Source: Calditrichia bacterium
GTDB taxonomy: Bacteria; Calditrichota; Calditrichia; JAJRVZ01
Assembly (NCBI GenBank): GCA_963777955.1
Contig: CAVZSQ010000013.1
Span: forward strand, 288,001-352,000
Direction: 5' to 3'
Length of the DNA stretch: 64,000 nt
Within the stretch, counting starts at the first letter, position 1, and each line of letters begins with the position of its first letter. Positions 50,975 to 62,200 of this stretch are shown one piece after another. Below the pieces are notes generated by a model. That model was not told the DNA's origin and did not search any database. It saw only the letters and a program-made list of their open reading frames with translations. Made by a program: the position numbers and the translations under genes.

Positions 50975-52891
50975 TTATCTGAGCAATACCATTTTCCTGG
51001 TTTGATCATGATCTTCGGCCAGCAACCTGTAAAAATAAACACCGCTGGGCAGGGAGCCTGCATTCCAGTTCTTAGTATGATTACCAGGCTCGAGCCGGTT
51101 TGATAACAATGTGGCAATCTCTTCGCCGGAAATATTATATATTTTAAGCGAAACAAGACTGGTTTTTTTAACTGAAAACATAATCGTGGTAGTAGGATTG
51201 AACGGATTCGGATAGTTTTGTTCCAGAACCGCCGTGGCAGGAATAAATCGTCCGGGTTGCTCGGTGAGCCCTGTTTGAGCGGAAATGGAAATCCTTAATC
51301 TACCCAGAATATCGGTCCCATCATTAGCAGTAGCCTGGGCATAAACAGTACCGCTTTTCTTGGCTGACAGTGCGCCTGAGGTGTTGATCAAGGCCCGTGC
51401 CGTATCCGAAACACTCCAGGTTACCGTTTGAATGGCAGCATTGGCCGGTGTTATCGTGACCAGCAGTTGTAAAGTATCACCGATCGCCACGGCAGTTGAT
51501 CCGCTGCTGCTGCTTACCGTTATGCCGGTCACCTTTATATATTCGCTAGAAGCGGAAGGAACACCGGATACATCAATAACAACAGGCGAATTAATTAAAT
51601 CCGGAGCAGTGTCCGGCACGGATATGGTGATGCACCCATTACTATCGGCATAACCTAATGTTGTTGTCGTATCATTCAGCAAATATATTTTGTCGATTGT
51701 ATTGGTCAGTGACGGTAGCAGCAACCGACCATTTGCCGGCCAGGTAAAAACATGAGCATAGAGTTTGCCTGCTTTTTTGGTATAAACACCCCAGCGGGGT
51801 TCGGTCGGGTAAGGACTCCGCGTTGTCCCATAAATACTTTCATTATAGATATTCATCCAGTTGCCAAAACTATTCAGGATGTCAACTGATTGGTTTGGTA
51901 CAGTTCCATCTCCTTTAGGGCCGATGTTCAGCAGGTAATTCCCATCGCGCGAGACAACCGTTACCAGTTGTTGAATCAAGGTTTTAGGTGTCTTGTAACC
52001 CAGATCCGAGGAATTGTAACCCCAGGAATTGTTCATGGTCTGGCAGGTTTCCCATTGCCTGGCCACTGGTGCGGCGGGTACCTGCTGCTCAGGGCACTCA
52101 AAATCTCCTAATCCAAAACTTCTGCAAACCCGCTCATTAATAATCAGCTCCGGGTCCAGGTCCACAAGATAATTATATAAATCAATTCCATCCGCCCTGG
52201 TCCACCAGGAAGAAAGTGTCGGTGATCCCGAATTGTAAGTCCAGTCTCCGTCAAACCACAACACAGCCGGGTGATATTTTGTAATCAACTCGCTCAATTG
52301 AGCTTTCATATCATCAATGTAACTTGTCCTGGCGGAGTCAGAGATCATATTTGAATAATACGTGGTGCGATTAATTTCCTGAGATGAATGATTCCAATCC
52401 AGGATAGAATAATACAGACAGAATTTAATACCGCGGACCTCGCAGGAATCCTTCAATTCCTGCAGAATGTCCCTGGTCTTAAAAGCTGTAAAATCGGGCA
52501 AATCGTACAACGTCGTTCCGCTGACATCCCTGAAACTCTGCACAGCGGTCGGCCACATGCAGAAACCTTCATGATGCTTGGCGGTAATGACCAGATATTT
52601 CATCCCGGCATTTTGCGCCAGCCCGGCTATAGTTCCGGCGTTAAAGCTTGTTGGGTTAAAATTCGCCGAAACCTGCGTCTGATAATTGGTTTTCGTCCAG
52701 CCTTCGACACTAAAAGCCCATTCGCCGTGTCCTAAATATGAATATGAGCCAAAATGAATAAACATCCCGAAACGGGCTTCATACCACCACTCCAGTTTAG
52801 GAGTGATATTATATTGGGCCATAGTTAGTGCGGCTGATATGAACAGGTAAATCAGAAGAACTATTGAAATAACCGTTCTATTTTTTTTCAT
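50975..52891 (-). CDS. Alpha-L-fucosidase (GH29) with Ig-like domain and T9SS sorting domain
   Basis: WWYEARFGMFIHFG, TAKHHEGF, YYSILDW, LWFDG, WETCQTMNNSWGY, GNYLLNIGP; Big_2-like VTWSVSD; QNYPNPFNP. Confidence 0.92.
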   Translation of the reverse strand: MKKNRTVISIVLLIYLFISAALTMAQYNITPKLEWWYEARFGMFIHFGSYSYLGHGEWAFSVEGWTKTNYQTQVSANFNPTSFNAGTIAGLAQNAGMKYLVITAKHHEGFCMWPTAVQSFRDVSGTTLYDLPDFTAFKTRDILQELKDSCEVRGIKFCLYYSILDWNHSSQEINRTTYYSNMISDSARTSYIDDMKAQLSELITKYHPAVLWFDGDWTYNSGSPTLSSWWTRADGIDLYNYLVDLDPELIINERVCRSFGLGDFECPEQQVPAAPVARQWETCQTMNNSWGYNSSDLGYKTPKTLIQQLVTVVSRDGNYLLNIGPKGDGTVPNQSVDILNSFGNWMNIYNESIYGTTRSPYPTEPRWGVYTKKAGKLYAHVFTWPANGRLLLPSLTNTIDKIYLLNDTTTTLGYADSNGCITISVPDTAPDLINSPVVIDVSGVPSASSEYIKVTGITVSSSSGSTAVAIGDTLQLLVTITPANAAIQTVTWSVSDTARALINTSGALSAKKSGTVYAQATANDGTDILGRLRISISAQTGLTEQPGRFIPATAVLEQNYPNPFNPTTTIMFSVKKTSLVSLKIYNISGEEIATLLSNRLEPGNHTKNWNAGSLPSGVYFYRLLAEDHDQTRKMVLLR

Positions 52892-53046
52892 AAGGGTACC
52901 TTGCTTCCACATATAATGGCAATAATCCGGAGAATAATTCAAACGGGACTTTTATAATATAAGTTAATATAAAATGAGATGTTTGAAAATGGAAATATCT
53001 CGGATTTCCAAAAGCAGAATTAATCAGGATTTTTCATAATAACAAA

Positions 53047-53097
53047 GGAGACCTGCTTCAATCACCGCGTATGGTGATCGCAGCTCAGCAGGTCTCC
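53047..53097 (-). terminator. Long hairpin downstream of glnA (terminator or stability element)
   Basis: GGAGACCTGCT...ATCACC/GGTGAT...AGCAGGTCTCC, followed on the minus strand by TTTGTTATT. Confidence 0.6.
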
Positions 53098-53159
53098 ATT
53101 TGTACTCCCTTAATCGTTGCTTAGCCGGGATCGATCATTTATATCAAATGATCCGGAAA

Positions 53160-54572
53160 TCAGCAGTCATAGTAGAGATGGAATTCATGCGGATGAGGCC
53201 GCAAAGCCATTTCATTCAATTCCTTCTCCCGTTTCCAGTTTATCCAGGTGTCGATCACATCTTCGGTGAAAACATCGCCGGTCAGCAGAAATTTGTGATC
53301 CTTTTCAAGCGCATTAATCGCTTCCTCCAATGAACCGGGCGTCTTTGGATATCTGGCTAATTCTTCCGCAGTCATTTCATAAATATCGCGGTCCAGCGGT
53401 TCACCCGGATCGATTTTATTTTTAATACCGTCAATAGCCGCCATCAGAATTGCCGTCCAGGCTATATATCCATTGGCGGTCGGATCAGGACAACGAAACT
53501 CCAGACGCTTGGCTTTCGGATTTGACGAGTACATGGGAATGCGTACCCCGGCCGAGCGGTTACGGGCGCTCATTACCAGATTTACCGGAGCCTCAAAACC
53601 AGGCACCAGCCGGCGATAGGAATTCGTGGTCGGTGCGGCAAAGGCCAGGATTGCCGGAGCATGTTTCAGAATACCGCCACAGGCAAACAATCCCATTTCA
53701 CTCAATCCGGCATAACCTTTACCGGCAAACAATGGTTTTCCGCCTTTCCACAGGGAGAAATGAGTATGCATACCGCTGCCGTTATCCTGGAAAACCGGTT
53801 TGGGCATAAAAGTAACAGTTTTATTGTACCTCCTGGCTACATTCTTGATGATATATTTATACCACATATATTGATCACCCATCAGTACAAGTTCCTTAAA
53901 TCTCATATCAATTTCTGATTGCCCGGCCGTGGCTACTTCATGGTGGTGTGCTTCCACCACAATGCCGACCTTCTGCATTTCCAGAGCCATTTCACCCCGT
54001 AAATCCTGATAGGTGTCGGTAGGGCTTACCGGAAAATAGCCCCCTTTGAAACTCGGTTTGTAACCGAGATTGGGTTCCTCAAAACGGGCTGTATTCCAGG
54101 CGCCCTCCACTGAATCTATTTTATACATCCCGGTGTGCTGATTTTGTTCATAACGCACCTCATCGAAAATGAAAAATTCCGGTTCGGGACCGATAAAACA
54201 GACATCAGCCAATCCTGTTTTCTTCAGATATTCGGATCCTTTTTTGGCGATATGCCGGGGATCCCTGGTATATTCCTTCCTGGAAACCGGATCGACAATA
54301 TCAGCTATTACACTGACTGTTGATTCCTTGAAAAATGGATCCATCACGGCACTATCCGGATCGGGTATGGCCAGCATATCCGACACATGAATACCCTGCC
54401 AGCCGCGGATCGAAGAACCGTCAAAACCGACACCATCGACGAAGGTTCCCGCATCCCAGGTATCTACGGGAAACGTACAATGCTGCCAGGTGCCCAGCAG
54501 ATCGGTAAATTTCAAATCTACCATCTTGGCCTTATTTTTTCTGGCAAATTCAAAAAATTCTTTGGGAGTCAT
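53160..54572 (-). CDS. glnA: Glutamine synthetase type I
   Basis: [56 protein letters not shown]. Confidence 0.97.
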   Translation of the reverse strand: MTPKEFFEFARKNKAKMVDLKFTDLLGTWQHCTFPVDTWDAGTFVDGVGFDGSSIRGWQGIHVSDMLAIPDPDSAVMDPFFKESTVSVIADIVDPVSRKEYTRDPRHIAKKGSEYLKKTGLADVCFIGPEPEFFIFDEVRYEQNQHTGMYKIDSVEGAWNTARFEEPNLGYKPSFKGGYFPVSPTDTYQDLRGEMALEMQKVGIVVEAHHHEVATAGQSEIDMRFKELVLMGDQYMWYKYIIKNVARRYNKTVTFMPKPVFQDNGSGMHTHFSLWKGGKPLFAGKGYAGLSEMGLFACGGILKHAPAILAFAAPTTNSYRRLVPGFEAPVNLVMSARNRSAGVRIPMYSSNPKAKRLEFRCPDPTANGYIAWTAILMAAIDGIKNKIDPGEPLDRDIYEMTAEELARYPKTPGSLEEAINALEKDHKFLLTGDVFTEDVIDTWINWKREKELNEMALRPHPHEFHLYYDC

Positions 54573-54610
54573 TTTTTCACCTCATTTAATTTTAGTTGTT
54601 GATCTATTAA

Positions 54611-54952
54611 TTAGCCGATGGCTGCGCTGCCCAGTTCAGCGGTACGAATTCGTACACATTGATCAAGAGGCATTACAAAAATTTTACCATCGCCTGTTTT
54701 TCCTGTCTGAGCGCCTTTGATTAAGGCCTTGATAGTTGGTTCGACAAAATTATCATTCACCGCAATCTCCAGACGTACCTTGCGCAGTAAATTGCCCGTC
54801 TCTTTATAGCCCCGGTACACTTCGTCAATACCTTTCTGCCGGCCATGTCCCAGTACTTCATTGACTGTAATTAAATTGACCTCCGCTTTGTATAACTCTT
54901 CCTTCACCTGTTCTAAGCGGTGCGGTTGAATAATGGCAATGATCAGTTTCAT
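54611..54952 (-). CDS. glnK: P-II nitrogen regulatory protein
   Basis: GHGRQKG..EVYRG, TGKTGDGKIF, VRIRT; directly linked to amtB. Confidence 0.92.
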   Translation of the reverse strand: MKLIIAIIQPHRLEQVKEELYKAEVNLITVNEVLGHGRQKGIDEVYRGYKETGNLLRKVRLEIAVNDNFVEPTIKALIKGAQTGKTGDGKIFVMPLDQCVRIRTAELGSAAIG

Positions 54953-54972
54953 GTTCGGTTTCCTTTCAGCAA

Positions 54973-56317
54973 TTATTCCAACATGGTATAAGCCCGTTCA
55001 TTATGCTGGGTCAGATCCAGACCAATGGCTTCCTCTTCATCGGCAATTCTCACTCCGATCAGCAGGTCGACCAGTTTATAGATAATGAACGTGCCGATTA
55101 ATGTATAAGCGATTGTGACCAGTACCGCCAGTGCCTGGATCGCAAATAATTTTGAATTACCATACCACAGGCCATCGCCCGCAGCCGGATTGATCATGCG
55201 GGTGGCAAAAATCCCGGTGGCCAGGGCACCCCAGATTCCCCCGATTCCGTGAATACCGAAAGCATCCAGCGAATCATCATATCCAAACCGATGTTTTAAA
55301 AATCCCACACTGAGAAAACAGAAAACACTGACCAATAAGCCGATAACGATCGCTCCGCCAATTCCCACATACCCCGCGGCCGGTGTGATGGCGACCAGTC
55401 CGGCCACCGCACCGCTGATTGTACCCAGCATTGTCGGATTGCCATTAAACTTCCAATCCAGCACTGCCCAGGAAAGAGCAGCAGCTGCAGCGGCCGTATT
55501 GGTGACCACGAAGGCATTCGCGGCTAAGCCGTTAGCACCCAGTGCGCTGCCGGCATTGAATCCGAACCAGCCAAACCAGAGCAGGCCCGCTCCTAAAACG
55601 CTGAAGGGCAGATTATGCGGAGGCGTGGGATGTTTATCATAATTTCTTCGCTTGCCAATTATAACTGCCGTGACCAGGGCAGCCATACCGGCATTTATAT
55701 GAACTACCGTTCCTCCGGCGAAATCCAGTGCACCAAGATTCCTCAACCAGCCCCCCACTCCCCAGACCATGTGTGCCAGCGGATCATATACCAGCGTGGC
55801 CCACAGCAGCGTGAACAACAGGAATGCTGAAAATTTCATCCGCTCGGCGAAGGAGCCGATGATCAATGCCGGGGTGATAATGGCAAACATGGCCTGAAAA
55901 ATCATAAAAACCTGATGGGGAATCGTCGCCGCATAATCGGGATTGGGCTGCAGTCCAACCCCTTTCAGAGCAAACCATTCCAGCGATCCGATGAAACCAT
56001 TACCCGGGGCGAAAGACTAAACTGTACCCGATCAGCACCCATTGCAAACTCAGTACCGCTAAGACGATAAAGCATTGCATCAGGATGCTCAGCATATTTT
56101 TGCGTCTGACCAATCCCCCGTAAAAGAAAGCCAGGCCCGGAGTCATTAACATTACCAGCGCAGCTGACATCAACAGCCAGGCCGTATCTCCGCTATCGAT
56201 CGTGGATACATTCGCAGAAACGACCGGGGTTTCCAGTGCTGTTGTCTCCGTTTGGGCCAACGCTGTAGCCAGACCCGTACACAAGATCAACAACAATACC
56301 ATGCTTACCGTTTTCAT
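54973..56317 (-). CDS. amtB: Ammonium transporter; one frameshift near 56015
   Basis: DSGDTAW..LVMLMTPGLAFFYGG (56000..56317) plus FQAMFAIITPAL, DFAGGTVVH, LWFGWFGFNAGS, DDSLDAFGIHG (54973..55905). Confidence 0.93.
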
Positions 56318-56383
56318 AATCAGATTCTCCTTTCGCTGCATAATTCTTCCGAAACTCTTCAACCGCTAGTATCTCTGCTCTAT

Positions 56384-56398
56384 ACAACCGGCGTGCCA
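56384..56398 (-). promoter_or_regulatory. Sigma54 promoter of amtB-glnK-glnA
   Basis: TGGCAC-GCCGG-TTGT (consensus TGGCAC-N5-TTGC). Confidence 0.72.
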
Positions 56399-56491
56399 GA
56401 TTTATACTGAACCCAAATCAATACAGTCTAACTCATTATAATACTGATTGTTACACATCCGGATCAGGCTGGCCACCGGATCAGTATTGTC

Positions 56492-56533
56492 TACATTATT
56501 GTAATATTAATAAAATTAATATACATTTTTGTT
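56492..56533. promoter_or_regulatory. Paired palindromic activator sites
   Basis: TACATTATTGTA and TACATTTTTGTT, starts 30 bp apart. Confidence 0.65.
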
Positions 56534-56549
56534 GTTTCCCATCATCAAG

Positions 56550-57339
56550 CTAGTAGCCAGTGGTCAGACCGATACCCAGCCAGGTATTATCCTTCCGATA
56601 GACCGCCGCAGCGATAGCATTATTGAGTATCGTCGAATGATTAATGCTTAATTCAACTGTCAAATCCCCGATGCAAAAGGGCAGGCTGACCGATACAGTA
56701 AAATCATTGAAATTGTCCTTAGCCAGACCAAAGTAACCTCGATTATAACCTGCGCTGCCCCAGCCTATACTGGCCCCGGCCGCAAGACCACCATAACAGC
56801 GTTCGTTTAGAACGACAATTTTCTCGATGGTGTGTCCCAGTCCCGCCTGCACATAACTGCCCTCAACTTCATCAAGATCATAGTACCAGGTAATCGATGG
56901 TGTTGCCGCCACGTCGATCTCCACAGTCCCATATGCTTCCACGGTCGGATTGTACGGAGTATGAGGAAACCGGTAATAGATAATACCCAGCGAGTAGGCT
57001 GCTTTGTCGGATCCACAGATTGTGTTACTGTAGTCCAGCGTAAAATCAAACTCGCTGAAATTACCTGAATTGCCCGGAGCTGTTTGAGACTTGTCGGTCA
57101 GATCAAGATTGCCCCAGACCGAGGCAGTAAAACCATGTGTCCAAACAGAAAATGCCGGCTGTAACACTGCGGAGTTGTTAATATTCTGTCCCCGCCAGAC
57201 ATATTTACTGTAGTAATCCAGACTTAAATTAGAAACAACTGCCGGTTCATCCGCTGCGGCTATCCGTCAGCTGCAGATGCACAGCAAACAACAGCACCAG
57301 CAGCGCCAGATTGTTACAACTATATTTTAGCAGATTCAT
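56550..57339 (-). CDS. TorF/Gcw_chp-like outer-membrane barrel; frameshift near 57265
   Basis: ATG 57339 with GGAGGG RBS and signal peptide; SLDYYSKYVWRGQ..AVLQP, VWGN, EFDFTLDY; ends in Y. Confidence 0.72.
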
Positions 57340-57423
57340 TTTCCCTCCCTGAATTAGAATCTATAATCCGCCGATGGAATTCAACCACCAGGATACTGGT
57401 TCTTCAATTAGTAGTATTGGCAG

Positions 57424-57438
57424 ACAAAGATCATGCCA
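57424..57438 (-). promoter_or_regulatory. Sigma54 promoter of the TorF-like gene
   Basis: TGGCAT-GATCT-TTGT. Confidence 0.68.
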
Positions 57439-57528
57439 GCTGTTGCCAGGCTGATTGAACAAGCCGCAACTTATTATTTTTATAAGAATTAGCGCTGAGA
57501 AATGATTTTTCTGATATTCAGCAGGACT

Positions 57529-57570
57529 AACAAAAAAGTATAGAAATATAAGATAATCTACAATAATGTA
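57529..57570. promoter_or_regulatory. Paired palindromic activator sites
   Basis: AACAAAAAAGTA and TACAATAATGTA, starts 30 bp apart. Confidence 0.65.
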
Positions 57571-57582
57571 GATCGAGACCGA

Positions 57583-59112
57583 TCAGGAGAGCAGTTTAGG
57601 GTGGATAGCATATTTTTTTATTTTGTAGCCGAGAATCCGCTCGGTTATACCGAGTTCTTTGGCGGTCAGGCGTTGTTGTCCGCCCGATTTTTTCAGAGCA
57701 TCGATGATCAGTTCCCGCTCTTTATTGGCGATGATCTCGGACAGTGATTGCCCGGCCACCTGTTCTGTTTTTCTGATCATCTGCAGCGAGGGGGGCAGAT
57801 GCTCGGAGCGGATGACGTCCCGGTCGCACAGTAATACCGCCCGTTCAATACAATTTTCCAGCTCGCGGATATTTCCCGGCCAGTGATAACTGGTCAGCAT
57901 TTCGATAGCCGGTGTGGAGATGCGGGTAATCTGTTTATAATTTTCGGTGGCATATTTCTCCAGAAAGTGGTCAGCCAGCTGCATGATATCATCCTTGCGC
58001 TCGCGCAGCGGCGGCAGATAAATCGGGAAGACATTAATCCGGTAAAACAAATCTTCGCGGAAAATCCCGGCTTCCATCTGTTGTTCCAGATGTTTGTTGG
58101 TGGCCACGATGATGCGCACATTTGTTTTGATGGTCTCGCTCCCGCCCAACCGTTCGAATTCTTTGAACTGGATGACCCGCAGCAGTTTGACCTGCAGGTT
58201 GACCGGAAAATCACCGATCTCGTCCAGAAAAATACTCCCGCCATGGGCTCTTTCGAACCTGCCGGTTTTTCTTTCCGTGGCACCGGTAAAAGCACCGCGG
58301 TCATGGCCGAATAATTCACTTTCCAGCAATGTTTCCGGCAAAGCCGTACAGTTCACTTTTATAAAGGCCTTATCGGCCCGCAGACTGTTATAATGGATGG
58401 CGTGGGCGACCAGGTCTTTGCCTGTCCCGCTTTCCCCGCGCAGCAGTACCGTGGCATTACTGTCGGCAACCTGCTCGATCAGCCGGTAAACCTGCTGCAT
58501 GGCATTGCTGCTGCCGACCATGTTGTGGATGTTGAATCGCGTCTTTAATTCCTGGCGCAGGCGGATATTCTCATCCCGTAACTGGCGTTGCTCCGATTCT
58601 ACCAGTTTGTTCAATTTCACCGCCTGGGCGATCATGGTCGAAATAATGTTCAGTAAACGAATGTGCCCTTCGAAATCGGTATTCTTCTCGGCCGGCCGGT
58701 CGACACTAAGGGTTCCGATCGTCTTACCTTCCAACTTGATCGGCACACAAAAAAAAGCGATGGCCTTGCCCAGTTCGGATTTCCGTGCTCCGGTCTTGTG
58801 GACAAAGCGCTTGTCCCTGGATATATCCGGCACTACAATGGCTTTGCCGGTCTGGACTACTGTGCCGGTAATACCCTCCCCGATCTTATATGTTCCCAGT
58901 TTTAGCGACTTCTCGCTCAGACCATGAGCAATCTCGATGTTGATAGTCTCGGTGTCCGGATTCAACAGGGTAATTGTGCCGCGCTGCAATTTTAAATGCG
59001 TATCCAGTGATTTCAGAATAGCCCGCAGGGTCTGCTGCAGATCCAGTGATTCAGCCAGCCCTTTGGCGATATCGTTCAAAAGATGTACATCATTTAACGG
59101 TTTCGCGGTCAT
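57583..59112 (-). CDS. GAF-AAA+-HTH sigma54-dependent activator (NifA-like architecture)
   Basis: GAF ([17 protein letters not shown]), [38 protein letters not shown]-terminal HTH; no receiver domain. Confidence 0.92.
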   Translation of the reverse strand: MTAKPLNDVHLLNDIAKGLAESLDLQQTLRAILKSLDTHLKLQRGTITLLNPDTETINIEIAHGLSEKSLKLGTYKIGEGITGTVVQTGKAIVVPDISRDKRFVHKTGARKSELGKAIAFFCVPIKLEGKTIGTLSVDRPAEKNTDFEGHIRLLNIISTMIAQAVKLNKLVESEQRQLRDENIRLRQELKTRFNIHNMVGSSNAMQQVYRLIEQVADSNATVLLRGESGTGKDLVAHAIHYNSLRADKAFIKVNCTALPETLLESELFGHDRGAFTGATERKTGRFERAHGGSIFLDEIGDFPVNLQVKLLRVIQFKEFERLGGSETIKTNVRIIVATNKHLEQQMEAGIFREDLFYRINVFPIYLPPLRERKDDIMQLADHFLEKYATENYKQITRISTPAIEMLTSYHWPGNIRELENCIERAVLLCDRDVIRSEHLPPSLQMIRKTEQVAGQSLSEIIANKERELIIDALKKSGGQQRLTAKELGITERILGYKIKKYAIHPKLLS

Positions 59113-59142
59113 TTTCTACCCCCTGTCCGGTTTCATAAAAAT

Positions 59143-59183
59143 AACAAAATTGTAGAAAAATATCAACAACATACAATTTCGTA
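59143..59183. promoter_or_regulatory. Paired palindromic sites upstream of the activator gene (possible autoregulation)
   Basis: AACAAAATTGTA and TACAATTTCGTA, starts 29 bp apart. Confidence 0.6.
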
Positions 59184-59202
59184 TTAAATAATGATGTAAA
59201 AT

Positions 59203-59243
59203 AAAAACCGCAGAGCCGGAACATTGTCCAGCTATGCGGTTTT
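59203..59243 (-). terminator. Intrinsic terminator
   Basis: Minus strand AAAACCGCATAGCTGGA...TCCGGCTCTGCGGTTTTT. Confidence 0.7.
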
Positions 59244-59277
59244 GATACGGGCCATAAAATAAGGAGAATGATGTGAT

Positions 59278-62200
59278 TTAGCGGATCAAAATCATCTTGC
59301 GCGCCAGATTCTGACTGGAATTTTTTAAGGTATAAAAATAGATACCGCTGGCCACCTGTTTATGCGCGGCATCCCGGCCGTTCCAGACCTGTTCATAATA
59401 ACCGGGTTCCAGTACGGCATCTAATAAAGTCAGTACTTCCTGTCCCAGAATATCGAAGATCTTTAAAACTGTTCTGCCGGCACCTTTTTCAGGGATACCA
59501 AAACGGATAGTGGTTTGCGGATTAAAAGGATTGGGATAATTCTGAGCCAGCATGAATTCATACGGAATTAATTTGGGACGGAATTGTGCATCCCTGGTCG
59601 CATATAGGGTCAAACCGGCCAGTTTTGTTCCGGGTATACACTCATAGATCTGCTGCGTACTCATATCAATAACCACGGCACTTTTCTGATCGACCAGATA
59701 AAAATACAGACCATTGGCCTCCGGCAGATTCCAGCGCAAATGATGTTTCTGCTCAGGCACAGTCGATTCGATCATAACCTGCCATTTTTTAACTTCCGTC
59801 GAATTGGAAAATGGCGGTTGGTACTCCCCGGTCAGTTTTTGCTGTGACGATTGAAAATAAAGTACCGCATAATCGCCAATCGGCGGAGGCTCAAATAACT
59901 GAACTGCCGGATCAGCAACACCAAAGATATTCTTACTGTCAATGTAGTTTTCAGTACTGAGTGACAGGCTTCCTTCCCATACAAAGTTATTACTCCCGGA
60001 GAGCTGTGCCGGTGGTTTGTCAATGACGTTAGCGACTTCCCTGAAGGCCGGCTGCCTGGGATATACAAGTGTACCTGCGACATTGGAATACAACCAGTAA
60101 CCGCGCCAGGGCAGACCCAGCGAAGTGTCGACCAGGCCCCACTCATAACCCTGCTGGAGATTCCAGCTGTTATACCAGTAAATAGCGGGACTGATCCATC
60201 CTCCCGGTTTGGCCGCTTCCGCCAGACTTTTCCCGGTCTCAATGCTGTTTTCAACCACGACCATCTTTGCTTCCCACCAGCCGATTTGAAAGATCACAGG
60301 AATGCCGATCTGATTCCAGCCGGGCAGCAGCGGTATCGATATCGTCTCGTCCGTGTCACTGACGGCAATATTTCTCAGGTCAACCTCGGTGAGCAATTTT
60401 GAAATCATCCAGTATCCGAAGCCGGCCTGCAGATTCGAATTATTGACCGAAAGATATTTTTCTTTGAGCGGATCCCAACGCAGAATACCTCCAATGGAAT
60501 CCGATCCGGCCCAATAGATAGTTGTATCCCTGGGAAAACTGAGCAAAAACCAGTGCTGACTGGGAAACTTATTGCGGGATACATCTACTACAAACTCCTG
60601 TGAATAAACGGGCAGGATTTTTCCATTATCATTATTATCGTATACCCATAACTTGAATTCATACCAGCTGTCCTTTAACGGATATAATACTATCGAGCTG
60701 GTATGCAGACTGTCCCGGGCGGAAAATATCTGACCGGAATTCAGATCGGTACAGACATAACGGCTCCATAACTGATCACCCGGATCACCTATGGGTGCAC
60801 TGGCCGTATCATTCGCCTCATACGAAAAAAGTACTGCTCCCTGCCGGGTGATTGCATTGGCCCTTGTTTTTATCTGCACCTGCGGTGCAAAGTGGTCGAA
60901 GACAGGATTAAGGACACAGTTCAGGGTAAGAGGCAGCCAACCCGGTTGATTGGTTTCCAGTGTGACCTGGATATTATGTAATCGGTCTGGTATGGCCATG
61001 GTCGGATGCAGGATTACCGCTACACTTACAGAATCACCAGGTAAAACTTTTTGTTGTGTGGTGTCCAGCTCAAACCAGATCGATTGAATCAGGTCGGGCT
61101 GATAATGAAATTGAGCCAGCAGGGTTCCGCCGCCGTTATTCCTGACTACAATAGCCGTGTCCAACCTGGTATTCACCACCACGGTATAGGTGCGGGCAGC
61201 GGCATCAAGCGCCACCAGCGGTGCCAATGTCTCAGCCGAACCCATCCTGGGCGGGGAAAAGATCAAAACCGTATCTTCGGTAAAATAATTGAGGACTGCG
61301 ACATAATATCCTTTGGCGATCTCCAGATTACTGATCCGATACGTGTTGGCCGCGAACAGGTTGACTACCGTGTCCAGGACAACCGTACCTGGATTTACCG
61401 CCGTTATCGGCGCATCACTTATACGTATTTCAGTCCCTTTGTAATATATATCTGCAGGATTAAACCAGCGCAGATCCAGGGCCTGGTCCCGCGGAATAAT
61501 TGTCAGGCTTTCAGCCAGGGCTACCGGATTACGAACGATGTTCAGCAAAAATGAATCGTTGCTTGCCGAAATAAAATCGCCCGCCGAGACCTGGATCATA
61601 TGTTTCCCGGTATCGGCCAGCACCGGCCGGAATTGAATGACTCCGCTCAATGAATCGATATCAAACAGCGGGGTATTGTCTTTGAACTTGACCGCATCCC
61701 CTTCCAGATCAGAAGTCTGCAGTTGATACGTAAAATTTGTATATGTAAAAATCGTGCTATCCCTGAGATTGGTAAATACCGGCGCTGCATTAGGTCTGGC
61801 TGTAACGGTGGTCGAATGATAACTCTCAAAGCCAAGACTATCAATTGCAGTTACAAAATAGTAGTAGAGTGTGCCATTAATTAATCCTGTATGATGAAAA
61901 ACCGTATCGGAACGGCTGATCGCAGGAACCTGGCCAATAGCCAATGGTGTTGTTCCGGTAGTGTCGCCGTAAATACGGTAATAGGCAATGTTCGATTCCT
62001 TGTTTGGATTCCAGCGCAACTCCACCCGGGCATTACCGGTAATGCTGTATAGTCCCGCAGGTTCATACGGTGGTTTTGCTTCATAAGCACCGATATCGAT
62101 GATATCGAGATTATCACCGTTCCCATCGACCTGCCGTGGTTCACCGCGCTGATCGGCTGGCGGATCTGCGCTGTTCAGACCATTGTCCACCGCCGGACTG

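Noticed and set aside
57583..59112. Calling the activator nifA and inferring nitrogen fixation
   Set aside because: The architecture is shared by many activators; there are no nif genes in the window and the local operator motif is different.
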